From assembly GCA_036380455.1 (NCBI GenBank), contig DASVEQ010000035.1, forward strand, positions 1 to 63,810: a stretch of DNA of 63,810 nt, in the 5' to 3' direction. The position numbers were made by a program, and so were the translations under genes. Below are positions 25,847-34,691 of the stretch, piece by piece (within the stretch, counting starts at the first letter, position 1; each line of letters begins with the position of its first letter). The stretch comes from Candidatus Limnocylindria bacterium. GTDB lineage: Bacteria > Chloroflexota > Limnocylindria > QHBO01. The notes under the pieces are model-generated. The model ran no database searches. It was not told the origin of the DNA and worked only from the letters and a program-made list of their open reading frames with translations.

Positions 25847-27230
25847 CGGGCCGGAGATCGATCCGGCCTCCTTCCGCGATCCGTCCGGCTTCGTCTTCCG
25901 GCGCGATGGCGTCCTCTATCGCCAGGTCCAGCCGCCCGCCGCCGCCGACTGGGAGGCCTACCGAACCTCCGGCCTCCACGAGCGCCTCACCGCCGATCGC
26001 CTCGTCATCGAGCACGAGGAGGCCGCAACCGAGCTCGCCGCGCTTCCCGGTGCGGTCGCCGTCATCCGGCCGCGGATGCTCGACCTCATCTCGTATCCGT
26101 ACGAGTGGTCGTTCTCCCAGCTGAAGGACGCGGCGCTGCTCACCCTGGAGCTTCAATCGCGAGCCCTGGACGCCGGGATGCGGCTGAAGGACGCCAGCGC
26201 CTACAACGTCCAGCTCGAGGACGGCCGACCGGTCCTCATCGACACCCTGAGCTTCGAGGTCGCCGATGCCACCCAGCCGTGGCCGGCCTACCGCCAGTTC
26301 TGCGAGCACTTCCTCGCCCCGCTGGCCCTCATCGCGCACCGCGACGCGCGATGTGGCCTGATGCTGCGCGACTTCATCGACGGGATCCCGCTCGACCTCG
26401 CCACGACGCTGCTGCCCGGGCGCACGCGGCTCAATCTCGGCCTCGCCAGCCACCTCCACCTCCACGCCGGCGCCCAGCGGCGAGCCGCCCGCGGGGCGGG
26501 GCCGGCACCGGACGCTCCCGCTCCCACGCGTCGCATCAGCGCCACCGGCCAGCGCGCCCTCCTCGACTCGCTGCGCCGCACGGTGGAGGGACTCCGCTGG
26601 CGTCCGACCGGTCACTGGGCGGGGTACGCGGGCGCGACCTCGTACTCCGAGACGGCCACCGCGAGCAAGGCACAGCTCGTCCGCGAGATGCTCGACACGG
26701 TGGGCGGACGCGCCGCCTGGGACCTGGGCGCCAACACCGGAGCCTACAGCGCCATCGCGGCCGATGCCGGCTATCGGGTGGCCGCCTGGGACCAGGACGC
26801 CGCGAGCGTCGATGCCCACTGGCTGCGCCTTCGCGGCACGGCCGGGCGCGCGATCCTGCCGCTGATCGGCGACCTCGCCAACCCCTCGCCGTCGCTCGGC
26901 TGGGGGCTGGAGGAACGGCGCTCCTTCCTCCAGCGCGGCGAGCCGGACGTGCTGCTCGCCCTCGCCCTCGTCCATCACCTGGCGATCGGCAACAACGTCC
27001 CGCTGGCGGGAATCGCCCGCTTCTTCGCCCGCATCGCGTCGTGGGCGATCGTCGAATTCGTGCCGAAGGAGGACCCGATGACGCGGCGGCTGCTCGCCGC
27101 ACGGCGGGACATCTTCGACGGCTACACGATCGACGGCCTCCGGGCGGCCTTCGGCGAAACGTTCGAGATCGTTCGCGAGGCGCCGATCACCGATTCCCCG
27201 CGCACGCTCTTTCTGCTCCAGCGTCGCTGA
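25752..27230 (+). CDS. Two-domain protein: conserved N-terminal domain (FRDPSGFVF ... YPYEWSFSQLKDAALL ... LKDASAYNVQ) plus class I SAM-dependent methyltransferase
   Basis: The SAM motif I-like sequence is AWDLGANTGAYS. The first ~30 codons are low-complexity, and there is no canonical in-frame start between 25752 and the conserved region beginning ~25860. Confidence 0.75.
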   Translation: MPGTGCAAPTGPTPPPSGFPPTAATRPIPTADGPEIDPASFRDPSGFVFRRDGVLYRQVQPPAAADWEAYRTSGLHERLTADRLVIEHEEAATELAALPGAVAVIRPRMLDLISYPYEWSFSQLKDAALLTLELQSRALDAGMRLKDASAYNVQLEDGRPVLIDTLSFEVADATQPWPAYRQFCEHFLAPLALIAHRDARCGLMLRDFIDGIPLDLATTLLPGRTRLNLGLASHLHLHAGAQRRAARGAGPAPDAPAPTRRISATGQRALLDSLRRTVEGLRWRPTGHWAGYAGATSYSETATASKAQLVREMLDTVGGRAAWDLGANTGAYSAIAADAGYRVAAWDQDAASVDAHWLRLRGTAGRAILPLIGDLANPSPSLGWGLEERRSFLQRGEPDVLLALALVHHLAIGNNVPLAGIARFFARIASWAIVEFVPKEDPMTRRLLAARRDIFDGYTIDGLRAAFGETFEIVREAPITDSPRTLFLLQRR

Positions 27231-27283
27231 GCGCTGTGCGGCCTGCACAGCCATTCGGTTCGACACCGCCGTCGGTCGGCCCC

Positions 27284-27289
27284 TAGCAT
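27284..27289 (+). promoter_or_regulatory. -10-like box TAGCAT, 7 nt upstream of ATG 27297 (leaderless-type)
   Basis: cTAGCAT-N7-ATG. Confidence 0.4.
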
Positions 27290-27296
27290 CGATGAC

Positions 27297-28088
<792 letters not shown>

Positions 28089-28110
28089 CGCAGCCCGCTC
28101 CTGGCCGCCA

Positions 28111-28263
28111 GCGGCCCGTGGCGCCTGATCGCTGGCAGCAGTCACCGCCCGCGGATGAGGCGCGGCCCGTGGCGCCTGATCGCTGGCAGCAGTCACCGCC
28201 CGCGGTTGGGGCGCGGCCCGTGGCGCCTGATCGCTGGCAGCAGTCACCGCCCGCGGTTGAGGG
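28111..28263. repeat. Tandem repeat, 51-bp unit x3 (GCGGCCCGTGGCGCCTGATCGCTGGCAGCAGTCACCGCCCGCGGWTGRGGS), related to the array at 2031-2202
   Basis: TGGCGCCTGA recurs at 28119, 28170 and 28221. The array is intergenic, between the HAD and GNAT genes. Confidence 0.95.
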
Positions 28264-28374
28264 CATCGCTCCTCGTCGATCGGTGGAGACTCCCGGGTCA
28301 CGATACGAGCCGCCGGAGCTGTCGCTGTCCCGAAACATGACGGCACTCGTCATGGCCTCGGTGGACAATGGGCC

Positions 28375-28986
28375 ATGACCGATGGGACGCTCGGCCTCGA
28401 GATCCTGCCGCTGACCCGCGAGCGGCTGCCGCACCTCGCCGTCCTCTTCGGCCAGGGAGGCGACCCGAAGTGGTGCTGGTGCGCCTCGTTTCGCGTGCGC
28501 AGCATCGACTTCACGAACGCCGACGTGGCCGCCAATCGGCAGGTCCTCGAGGGCGCCGTCGAGACGACCGCGGCCGAGCGCCGCGCACCAGGCCTGATCG
28601 CATACCGCGATGGTGCGGCCATCGGCTGGGTCAGCGTGGGACCGCGCGACGACTACGAGCGCCTGAAGCACTCCCGGGTGCTGGCGCCGGTCGACGAACG
28701 GCCGACCTGGTCGATCGTGTGTTTCGTGGTGGCCCGCACCGCGCGGCGCCAGGGCGTGGCGGAGGCCCTGCTCGACGCGGCCGTCCGCTATGCCGCCGAA
28801 CATGGCGCGACCCTGGTCGAGGGCTATCCGGTCGACACCGGAGGCGGGCGGATCCCATCGGCGAATGCCTACATGGGCACGCTGGGCATGTATCGCCGCG
28901 CCGGGTTCACCGAAGTGGAGCGGCGACGGGCGAACCGGACCTCCGTAGAGCGGCCGATCGTGCGGAAGCGGCTGTCGCCCGGGTAG
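28375..28986 (+). CDS. GNAT-family N-acetyltransferase
   Basis: RRQGVAEALL acetyl-CoA motif and YRRAGF. Confidence 0.8.
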   Translation: MTDGTLGLEILPLTRERLPHLAVLFGQGGDPKWCWCASFRVRSIDFTNADVAANRQVLEGAVETTAAERRAPGLIAYRDGAAIGWVSVGPRDDYERLKHSRVLAPVDERPTWSIVCFVVARTARRQGVAEALLDAAVRYAAEHGATLVEGYPVDTGGGRIPSANAYMGTLGMYRRAGFTEVERRRANRTSVERPIVRKRLSPG

Positions 28987-29059
28987 TTGCGGGGCGGGCG
29001 TATGCTGTCGGTACGCCCGGAGGGGCAACGCGACCGCGGCACTCGACCCGCATCGAGCC

Positions 29060-29093
29060 GGAGCACGTAGGCGGCAACGTCGGAGCACGTAGG
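29060..29093. repeat. Direct repeat GGAGCACGTAGG x2, 22-bp period
   Basis: Identical 12-mers at 29060-29071 and 29082-29093, in the convergent intergenic region. Confidence 0.8.
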
Positions 29094-29105
29094 TTCGGTC
29101 CAATC

Positions 29106-29143
29106 GAGACGTCGCCGGATGAGCGAGTCACTCCGGGCGTCTC
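29106..29143. terminator. GC-rich compound hairpin (GAGACG..CCGGA-loop-TCCGG..CGTCTC) between convergent genes
   Basis: 6-bp outer and 5-bp inner stems read by eye, 8 nt from the stop of the 29152..29697 gene. There is no U-tract. Confidence 0.3.
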
Positions 29144-29151
29144 CGCGGCCC

Positions 29152-29697
29152 TCAGCCCTCCCGCGCGTACCGGCCCGACAGCTGGGCCTCGGCCAGGATG
29201 TGGCCGGTCATCGCCTGGCGCGCATCCGACGCCGACGCCCCGTCGCCGACGGCGACCGGCTGCGACACGGCATACAGCGTGAACACGTAGCGGTGCTCGC
29301 CCGACGGCGGGCACGGACCACCCCAGCCTGCCGCACCGAAGCTGCTACGTCCGGGACGTCCGATGCGGTCCCCCTGGCCGGCGGGCATGTCGTCCGTATC
29401 GCCGGGAATGTCGGTCAGGAGCCAGTGCACGAAGTTGCCGGCATCCGGATCCTCGACGACGAGGACGAATGCCTCGGTGCCCTCAGGCGCCCCGGACCAG
29501 GCGAGCGGCGGTGATACATCCTCTCCGTCGCACGAGTGCTCGGTCGGAATGCGTCCTCCATCGTGGAACGCCGAGCTCGTCAGCTGCATGTCGGTCTCCT
29601 CTCGCGTGCTGGCGACCGGAGGCGAGGAACAGCCGCCGATGGCCAGCAGCATCCACATGCCGAGCACGGTCCGTGCCGGGCCGGCCATCCGCATCAA
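29152..29697 (-). CDS. YbhB/YbcL-family (PEBP / Raf-kinase-inhibitor-like) lipoprotein
   Basis: Lipobox LLAIGGC and the PEBP motifs EDPDAGNFVHW and GEHRYVFTLYA. Confidence 0.85.
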   Translation of the reverse strand: MMRMAGPARTVLGMWMLLAIGGCSSPPVASTREETDMQLTSSAFHDGGRIPTEHSCDGEDVSPPLAWSGAPEGTEAFVLVVEDPDAGNFVHWLLTDIPGDTDDMPAGQGDRIGRPGRSSFGAAGWGGPCPPSGEHRYVFTLYAVSQPVAVGDGASASDARQAMTGHILAEAQLSGRYAREG

Positions 29698-30179
29698 CTC
29701 TCGACCGTGATGTCCACGATCTCGGCGCCGAGGTGTGCGGCGAGGTCGCCCGGACGAACGTGGAGGTTGACGCCGCGGGCACCGCCGCCGATGGCGACGT
29801 TCTCATGCTCCAGGGCGGCGCGGTCGACGAGCACTGGCCACGCGCGAGTTGCTCCGAACGGCGTGATGGCACCGCGCTCATACCCGGTCACGTCGCGGGC
29901 CTCGTCGGCATCGGGCAGCGAGAGGCGGCTCACGCCGAGATGGGCGCGCAGCTTCGGCCAGTCGAACCGCCGGCCTCCCGGGACGAGGACGAAGAGGTAG
30001 TCGTCCTTGCCGCGTCGCACGACGAGCGTCCGCAGCAGCGCCCCGAGCGGGATGCCCTGCAGGTCGGCGCTCTCCTCGGGGCTGCCGGCGGGACGCGTGC
30101 GCACGACCCGGTGCTCGATGCCGGCCGCCTCGACCGCCTCGAGCGCTGGCGTCGTGTTGCCGGGATGTTCGTCACTCAT
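29694..30179 (-). CDS. YbaK/EbsC-type aminoacyl-tRNA trans-editing (deacylase) domain protein
   Basis: LRTLVVRRGKDDYLFVLVPGGRRFDWPKL, the GAITPFG motif and NVAIGGGARG. Start at ATG 30179. Confidence 0.75.
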   Translation of the reverse strand: MSDEHPGNTTPALEAVEAAGIEHRVVRTRPAGSPEESADLQGIPLGALLRTLVVRRGKDDYLFVLVPGGRRFDWPKLRAHLGVSRLSLPDADEARDVTGYERGAITPFGATRAWPVLVDRAALEHENVAIGGGARGVNLHVRPGDLAAHLGAEIVDITVES

Positions 30180-30361
30180 CGCGAGGCGCCAGGTTTCGCC
30201 ATGACCGATGCGACGCGTCGTTCGGGATGGCCACCGCGGTCCGCGACCACGTGTTGCCCGAGGTTCCGGGCCCCGATCGCGCTCATCGGTCGCCAACCAT
30301 CGCCACCGGAGACGACTGGTGCCGCCGGGCGACGTGCTCGCGTCACGCAGCTCGCCATCGC

Positions 30362-31090
30362 TCAGGCGTCGACCACTTCGATCCGGATCCGCTTGTTGAT
30401 CCGGCCCTTGCTCTCGTAGCCGGTCACCTTCACCCGTCCGATCTCGCCGGTGTGCGCCACGTGGGTTCCGCCATCGGCCTGGAGGTCGAGTCCGACGATC
30501 TCGATGGTCCGAACCTCGACGATGTCCTCGGGGAGGAGGTTGATCTTCGTGCGGATGAGATCGGGGATTGCGAAGGCCTCCTCGCGCGGCAGGATGGCGA
30601 CGCGGATCTCGCGTTCGGCGGCGATCTCCTCGTTGACGCGCCGCTCGATTTCCTCGACGAGGTCACCGGACATCGTCTCGAACTCGAAGTCCATGCGGCC
30701 CGACAGCGGCTCCATGTTGCCCCCGGTGACCGATGCCTGATGATCGCGCCACACGACGCCGCACAGGACGTGGAGCGCGGAGTGGGTGCGCATGAGCTGG
30801 TGGCGGCGCTCCCAGTCGATCTCGGCGGTGACCCGCGTGTCGACCGCCGGCAGCCCCTCGCCCTCGGCGACGGTGTGCCAGATGTCTTCGTCACGCCGCT
30901 TCGCGCCAACGACCCGCCACGAGCCGCCGGCGTCGCCGATGAGCTGGCCGGTGTCCGCCGGTTGCCCGCCGCCGCCGGGATAGAAGACCGTTCGGTCCAG
31001 GAGCACGGCGTGGGCCTCGGCATCGGTTTCGACGACCATCGCCTCGGCCTGGCGCGCATACGCATCGGTGTAACAGACGTTCTCGCTCAT
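30362..31090 (-). CDS. alaX: AlaX-type alanyl-tRNA editing protein
   Basis: FYPGGGGQP and the HxxxH motif (THSALHVL) are present. The second Zn motif reads DGGTH rather than the CGGTH I expected. Start at ATG 31090. Confidence 0.8.
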   Translation of the reverse strand: MSENVCYTDAYARQAEAMVVETDAEAHAVLLDRTVFYPGGGGQPADTGQLIGDAGGSWRVVGAKRRDEDIWHTVAEGEGLPAVDTRVTAEIDWERRHQLMRTHSALHVLCGVVWRDHQASVTGGNMEPLSGRMDFEFETMSGDLVEEIERRVNEEIAAEREIRVAILPREEAFAIPDLIRTKINLLPEDIVEVRTIEIVGLDLQADGGTHVAHTGEIGRVKVTGYESKGRINKRIRIEVVDA

Positions 31091-31155
31091 CGTGCCCAAG
31101 GCTAACGCAAGACGACGATCGCCACGGCCACACCCAGATTGAGCATCTGCGGTGC

Positions 31156-31413
31156 GTGGGGACTCATACTTCACACACGGCTCCGAGGGTTCCGCTGCCC
31201 GGATCCCGGACGGTGGATGCTCCGTGCGCACGACGTGGAACGGTCGACGAGGTCTCCCGCGTCTCCGCGCACCGCGAGCACGACCGGATCTGGATCATCG
31301 ACGTGAACGGCACGCGCCTGGTCCTCACCGCGTTCGCCATTCGCGACGCGACCGATGAGCAACGCGATGAGCTCCGCGCGATGGTCGAGTCCGTTCGGAT
31401 CGAAGCACCCTGA
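31156..31413 (+). pseudogene. Probable remnant (C-terminal ~65 aa) of a fourth ECF-partner paralogue
   Basis: ...DAPC...HREHDRIWIIDVNGTRLVLTAFAIRDATDEQRDELRAMVESVRIEAP matches the C-terminal motif of the genes at 32354, 34688 and 36291. It has no signal peptide or TM helix and no sigma gene upstream. Confidence 0.45.
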
Positions 31414-31431
31414 GCCGGGAGGAGCGTTGTC

Positions 31432-31692
31432 ATGCCCACGTACCTCGACATGCACACCATGCCGGGTGTCACCACCAGTCACGTCCCGGGCGTCCCGAAC
31501 GATGCGGCGGAGCTTGGCGGCGAGGAGGCCGAGGTCCGCTCATTCGTTTGCGCGGGATACACGTGGCTCCAGATCACCGCCCTGCACGGGGGTAATGGGT
31601 ACGTCGTCTGGTTGGTGGCAACGGCCCCGCCCGACCCCGAGCAGCGCCCGATCAACGATCAGCTCCTGGGCACCTTCCGCTTCACCGACTGA
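31432..31692 (+). pseudogene. Chimeric or decayed ORF: DUF4242/SCO4226-like N-terminus (MPTYLDMHTMPGVT) joined to a C-terminus resembling the ECF-partner family (GYVVWLVATAPPDPEQRPINDQLLGTFRFTD)
   Basis: Motif-level resemblance only. It may still be expressed. Confidence 0.35.
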
Positions 31693-31723
31693 CGCGCTGC
31701 CGTGGCTTGCGCGGCGGGCCGAA

Positions 31724-31757
31724 GATTGAGTCCTGCCCTCGCCGATGCGCCCATACC
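31724..31757 (+). promoter_or_regulatory. Conserved upstream motif GATTGA-N20-CCCATACC, ~50 nt before sigma gene 1
   Basis: The same motif occurs with the same spacing upstream of sigma 2, and with N16 upstream of sigma 3. Confidence 0.45.
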
Positions 31758-31808
31758 CTGTGAGCGGGCCGGCCCGAGCGAACACCGGCCCGCAACGCGG
31801 ATGAGGGC

Positions 31809-32357
31809 ATGGACACCGATCTCGTGACTCGAGCACAGCGTGGCGACGAAGAGGCCTTCGCGAGCCTCGCCGTGGCCGCGGGCGATCGGCTCCACGCGGT
31901 TGCGCATCGAATTCTGCGTGACCTCGATCTCGCCGAGGACGCCACGCAGCAGGCGCTGCTGGCCATCTGGCGGGACCTCCCGCAGCTGCGCGACCCGGCA
32001 CGCTTCGATGCCTGGTCGTATCGGCTCCTCGTGCGCGCCTGCTACGCCGAGGGCCGACGTTCCCGCGCGTGGACCCCGAACATGCGCCTGCTTCCGTCCG
32101 ATGGACTGAGTCAGGCGGACGGCTCCAGCGCCGTCGCCGACCGCGACCAGCTGGAGCGTGGCTTCCGACGTCTCTCAATCGACCACCGCGCGGTGGTCGT
32201 GCTGCATCACTACCTCGACATGCCGCTCGACCGGGTTGCCGAAGCGCTCGGCATCCCGGCCGGCACGGCCCGATCGAGACTTCATCACGCGATGCGTGGG
32301 CTGCGCGCGGCTCTCGATGCCGACGCACGGCCGCCCGCTCGGGAGGTGGTGCAATGA
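31809..32357 (+). CDS. ECF-type RNA polymerase sigma-70 family factor (paralogue 1)
   Basis: Region 2 (DAEDATQQALLAIW, FDAWSYRLL) and region 4 (LDRVAEALGIPAGTARSRLHHA). The stop overlaps the next start (ATGA). Confidence 0.9.
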   Translation: MDTDLVTRAQRGDEEAFASLAVAAGDRLHAVAHRILRDLDLAEDATQQALLAIWRDLPQLRDPARFDAWSYRLLVRACYAEGRRSRAWTPNMRLLPSDGLSQADGSSAVADRDQLERGFRRLSIDHRAVVVLHHYLDMPLDRVAEALGIPAGTARSRLHHAMRGLRAALDADARPPAREVVQ

Positions 32358-33238
32358 GCACCGATCGCGAGACGACCCGCATCGTTCGGTCGTGGCTGGA
32401 GGACGGCGTCACCCAGCTCCCGGACAGCGTCCTGGACGCGGTGCTCGACGAGCTCCCCTCGACCCATCAGCGTCGCGCCACCTGGTGGCCGGCGCGGAGG
32501 CTGTTCCACATGAACAAGGCATTGGCTTACGGCGTCGTTGCCGCGACCGTCGTGATCGTCGCGATCCTCGGCATCAGCCTTCTCGCACCCACTGGCCCAA
32601 GTGTGGGAGACCAGGCTGAGAGCACGACCGCGACGCCGATTCCAACCCGCCCACGAACAGCGCCGACTGGTGGGCTCGAGCCGGGCACCTATCGCGTTGC
32701 CGAGTTCACCCTGCGCGCCTTCACGATCACCGTTCCGAGCGGCTGGAGCCGCGAGGACAACTTCCTGTCAACCGGGACAGGGACGGTCGAGACCGATGCG
32801 TTCGAGGGCGACAGCGTCTACCTGGCAACCTGGCCAGTCTCGCACGTGTACTCCGACTCGTGTCAGTGGGAAGGGTCGCTGCGTGAGGCGCGTTCCCTCG
32901 CCGAGCTCACTGAGGCGCTGGCCGAGCAGACCGGCCACGACACGACGGGCCCTGAGGAGACGCAGCTGGGCGGCTACCCTGCCACGCGGTTCGAGTTCTC
33001 CGTTCCCTCCGACTTCGACATCAGCGCCTGCGATCAGGAGTTCTTGCGGCTCTGGCCCGATGCGGGACCGAACGAGAACTTTGGACTTCCCATCACCGTC
33101 GGCCAAACGGCAACGGTCTACGTCGTGGACCTCGACGGCCAGGGCCAGCTGGTGATCGCCGGGCAAAAGGAAAGCTCGTCCGCAGCCGATGTCGCCGCGC
33201 TCGAAAGCGTCGTCTCATCGATCAGCTTCGAGCCTTGA
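32354..33238 (+). CDS. Single-pass membrane partner of the ECF sigma (putative non-ZAS anti-sigma) with an uncharacterised ~200-aa extracytoplasmic domain (paralogue 1)
   Basis: N-terminus MSTDRETTRIVRSWL...HQRRATWWPARR, TM helix ALAYGVVAATVVIVAILGISLL, two conserved Cys, and the C-terminal VYVVDLDGQGQLVIAG motif. Confidence 0.8.
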   Translation: MSTDRETTRIVRSWLEDGVTQLPDSVLDAVLDELPSTHQRRATWWPARRLFHMNKALAYGVVAATVVIVAILGISLLAPTGPSVGDQAESTTATPIPTRPRTAPTGGLEPGTYRVAEFTLRAFTITVPSGWSREDNFLSTGTGTVETDAFEGDSVYLATWPVSHVYSDSCQWEGSLREARSLAELTEALAEQTGHDTTGPEETQLGGYPATRFEFSVPSDFDISACDQEFLRLWPDAGPNENFGLPITVGQTATVYVVDLDGQGQLVIAGQKESSSAADVAALESVVSSISFEP

Positions 33239-33361
33239 CCATTCGCCCCCGCGGCGACGGACACCGGTCCAGATGTGCACCTTCACCTCTCAGAGCCGGC
33301 GGCACAGCCGCCGGCTCTGATACGCCGGCGTGGCCACCGTGTCCGGGTACCCCAGCGAACC

Positions 33362-33511
33362 GTGCCTGCGCGCTGCGCCGGCGGCGTGCTGCCCATCGGC
33401 GTGTCGTTCATCGGCGGCGCGCGGGACGAGCCGCAGCTCATCGGCTTCGCCTACGACTTCGAGCAGGCGACGCTGGTCCGGCTCCCCCCGCCGTTCCTCT
33501 CGACGCTCGAC
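33362..33511 (+). pseudogene. Remnant of an amidase (amidase-signature family, GatA-like) C-terminus
   Basis: VPARCAGGVLPIGVSFIGGARDEPQLIGFAYDFEQATLV resembles the conserved ...GLPIGLQLIG..FDE..LL..AYAFEQAT terminus. No upstream amidase body is present. Confidence 0.4.
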
Positions 33512-33517
33512 TGCGGT

Positions 33518-34036
33518 CTACCAGCGCTCATCGTGAACGAGCGATTCGAGCGGTAGCCGTCCACCCGTTCGGTTCGGCGCGGTCAGCTTCGCCGGATCGG
33601 CAGGATGGCCGAACGAGAGGAGAAAGTCGCATCGGCGGTCGTCCGGAAGTCCGAGCAGCCGATGCGCGAGCTCATGGTCGTAGACCGTGGCCGGCACGCT
33701 GCCGATGCCAAGCTCCCACGCGGCCAGCACCATGTTCTGCGCCGCCCGGCCGGCATCCCACATCACGGAGTTGTTGTAGTGGCCCGATGCGTCGGACGTG
33801 ACCATCGCGATCGCCACCGTCGCGCCGGCGAGATGGCCCGCGTAGTGGCCGACGGCGGCCAGCTCTCGGAGGTGCTCTCGGTCGCGGAGCACGATGAAGG
33901 CCCAGTGCTGGTCATTCTTCGAGCTCCCGGTCCGCCGCCCTGCGTTGAGGATGCGCTCCAGGTGTTTCTCCTCAATCGGCTCGTCGCTGAACTTCCGCAC
34001 CACGCGGACGGTGTTGATCGCCTGCCATGTCTCCAT
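33518..34036 (-). CDS. Nitroreductase-family protein
   Basis: AINTVRVVRKFSDEPIEEKHLERILNAGRRTGSSKNDQHW is a typical nitroreductase N-terminus. Start at ATG 34036. Confidence 0.8.
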   Translation of the reverse strand: METWQAINTVRVVRKFSDEPIEEKHLERILNAGRRTGSSKNDQHWAFIVLRDREHLRELAAVGHYAGHLAGATVAIAMVTSDASGHYNNSVMWDAGRAAQNMVLAAWELGIGSVPATVYDHELAHRLLGLPDDRRCDFLLSFGHPADPAKLTAPNRTGGRLPLESLVHDERW

Positions 34037-34060
34037 CGGTCCATGATCGCGCATCGGCCG

Positions 34061-34094
34061 GATTGAAGATTTCACCGGCCCGGCGTCCCATACC
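34061..34094 (+). promoter_or_regulatory. Conserved upstream motif GATTGA-N20-CCCATACC, ~49 nt before sigma gene 2
   Basis: See 31724..31757. Confidence 0.45.
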
Positions 34095-34142
34095 GTGTGA
34101 CGCGCATCGGTCTGAACCGATGCGGCCAGGTGGAAGAGGCCG

Positions 34143-34691
34143 ATGGATACCGATCTCGTGGTCCGAGCCCAGCGAGGAGACAAGGCGGCGTATGCCGACC
34201 TTGCCTTCGGGATCGCGGACCGGTTCCTGGCCGTGGCGCGCAGGATCCTGCGCGACATCGACCTCGCCGAGGATGCGACGCAGCAGTCGCTGCTGAGCAT
34301 CTGGCAGGACCTTCCACAGCTGCGCGACCCGGCCCGCTTCGAGGCCTGGTCGTATCGCATCCTCCTTCGCGCCTGCTACGCGGAGGGGCGGAAGCAGCGC
34401 CGCTGGGCACCGAACCTTCGCCTCCTGCCGGCTGACGAGCCGGCGCGCGGCGACGGGATGAGCTCGGTCGTCGATCGCGACCAGCTCGAGAGCGGCTTCC
34501 GCCGCCTCTCCTTCGATCATCGAGCGGTGGTGGTCCTGCACCACTACCTCGACCTGCCGATCGACCGAGTCGCCGACCTGCTCGGCATCCCGGTCGGGAC
34601 GGCCCACTCTCGACTTCATTACGCGATGCGCGGGCTGCGCGCGGCACTCGATGCCGATGAGCGGCATCCGACGCAGGAGGCTGCCCGATGA
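34143..34691 (+). CDS. ECF-type sigma factor (paralogue 2)
   Basis: Highly similar to 31809..32357 by eye (both begin MDTDLV.RAQRGD). ATGA overlap with its partner gene. Confidence 0.9.
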   Translation: MDTDLVVRAQRGDKAAYADLAFGIADRFLAVARRILRDIDLAEDATQQSLLSIWQDLPQLRDPARFEAWSYRILLRACYAEGRKQRRWAPNLRLLPADEPARGDGMSSVVDRDQLESGFRRLSFDHRAVVVLHHYLDLPIDRVADLLGIPVGTAHSRLHYAMRGLRAALDADERHPTQEAAR

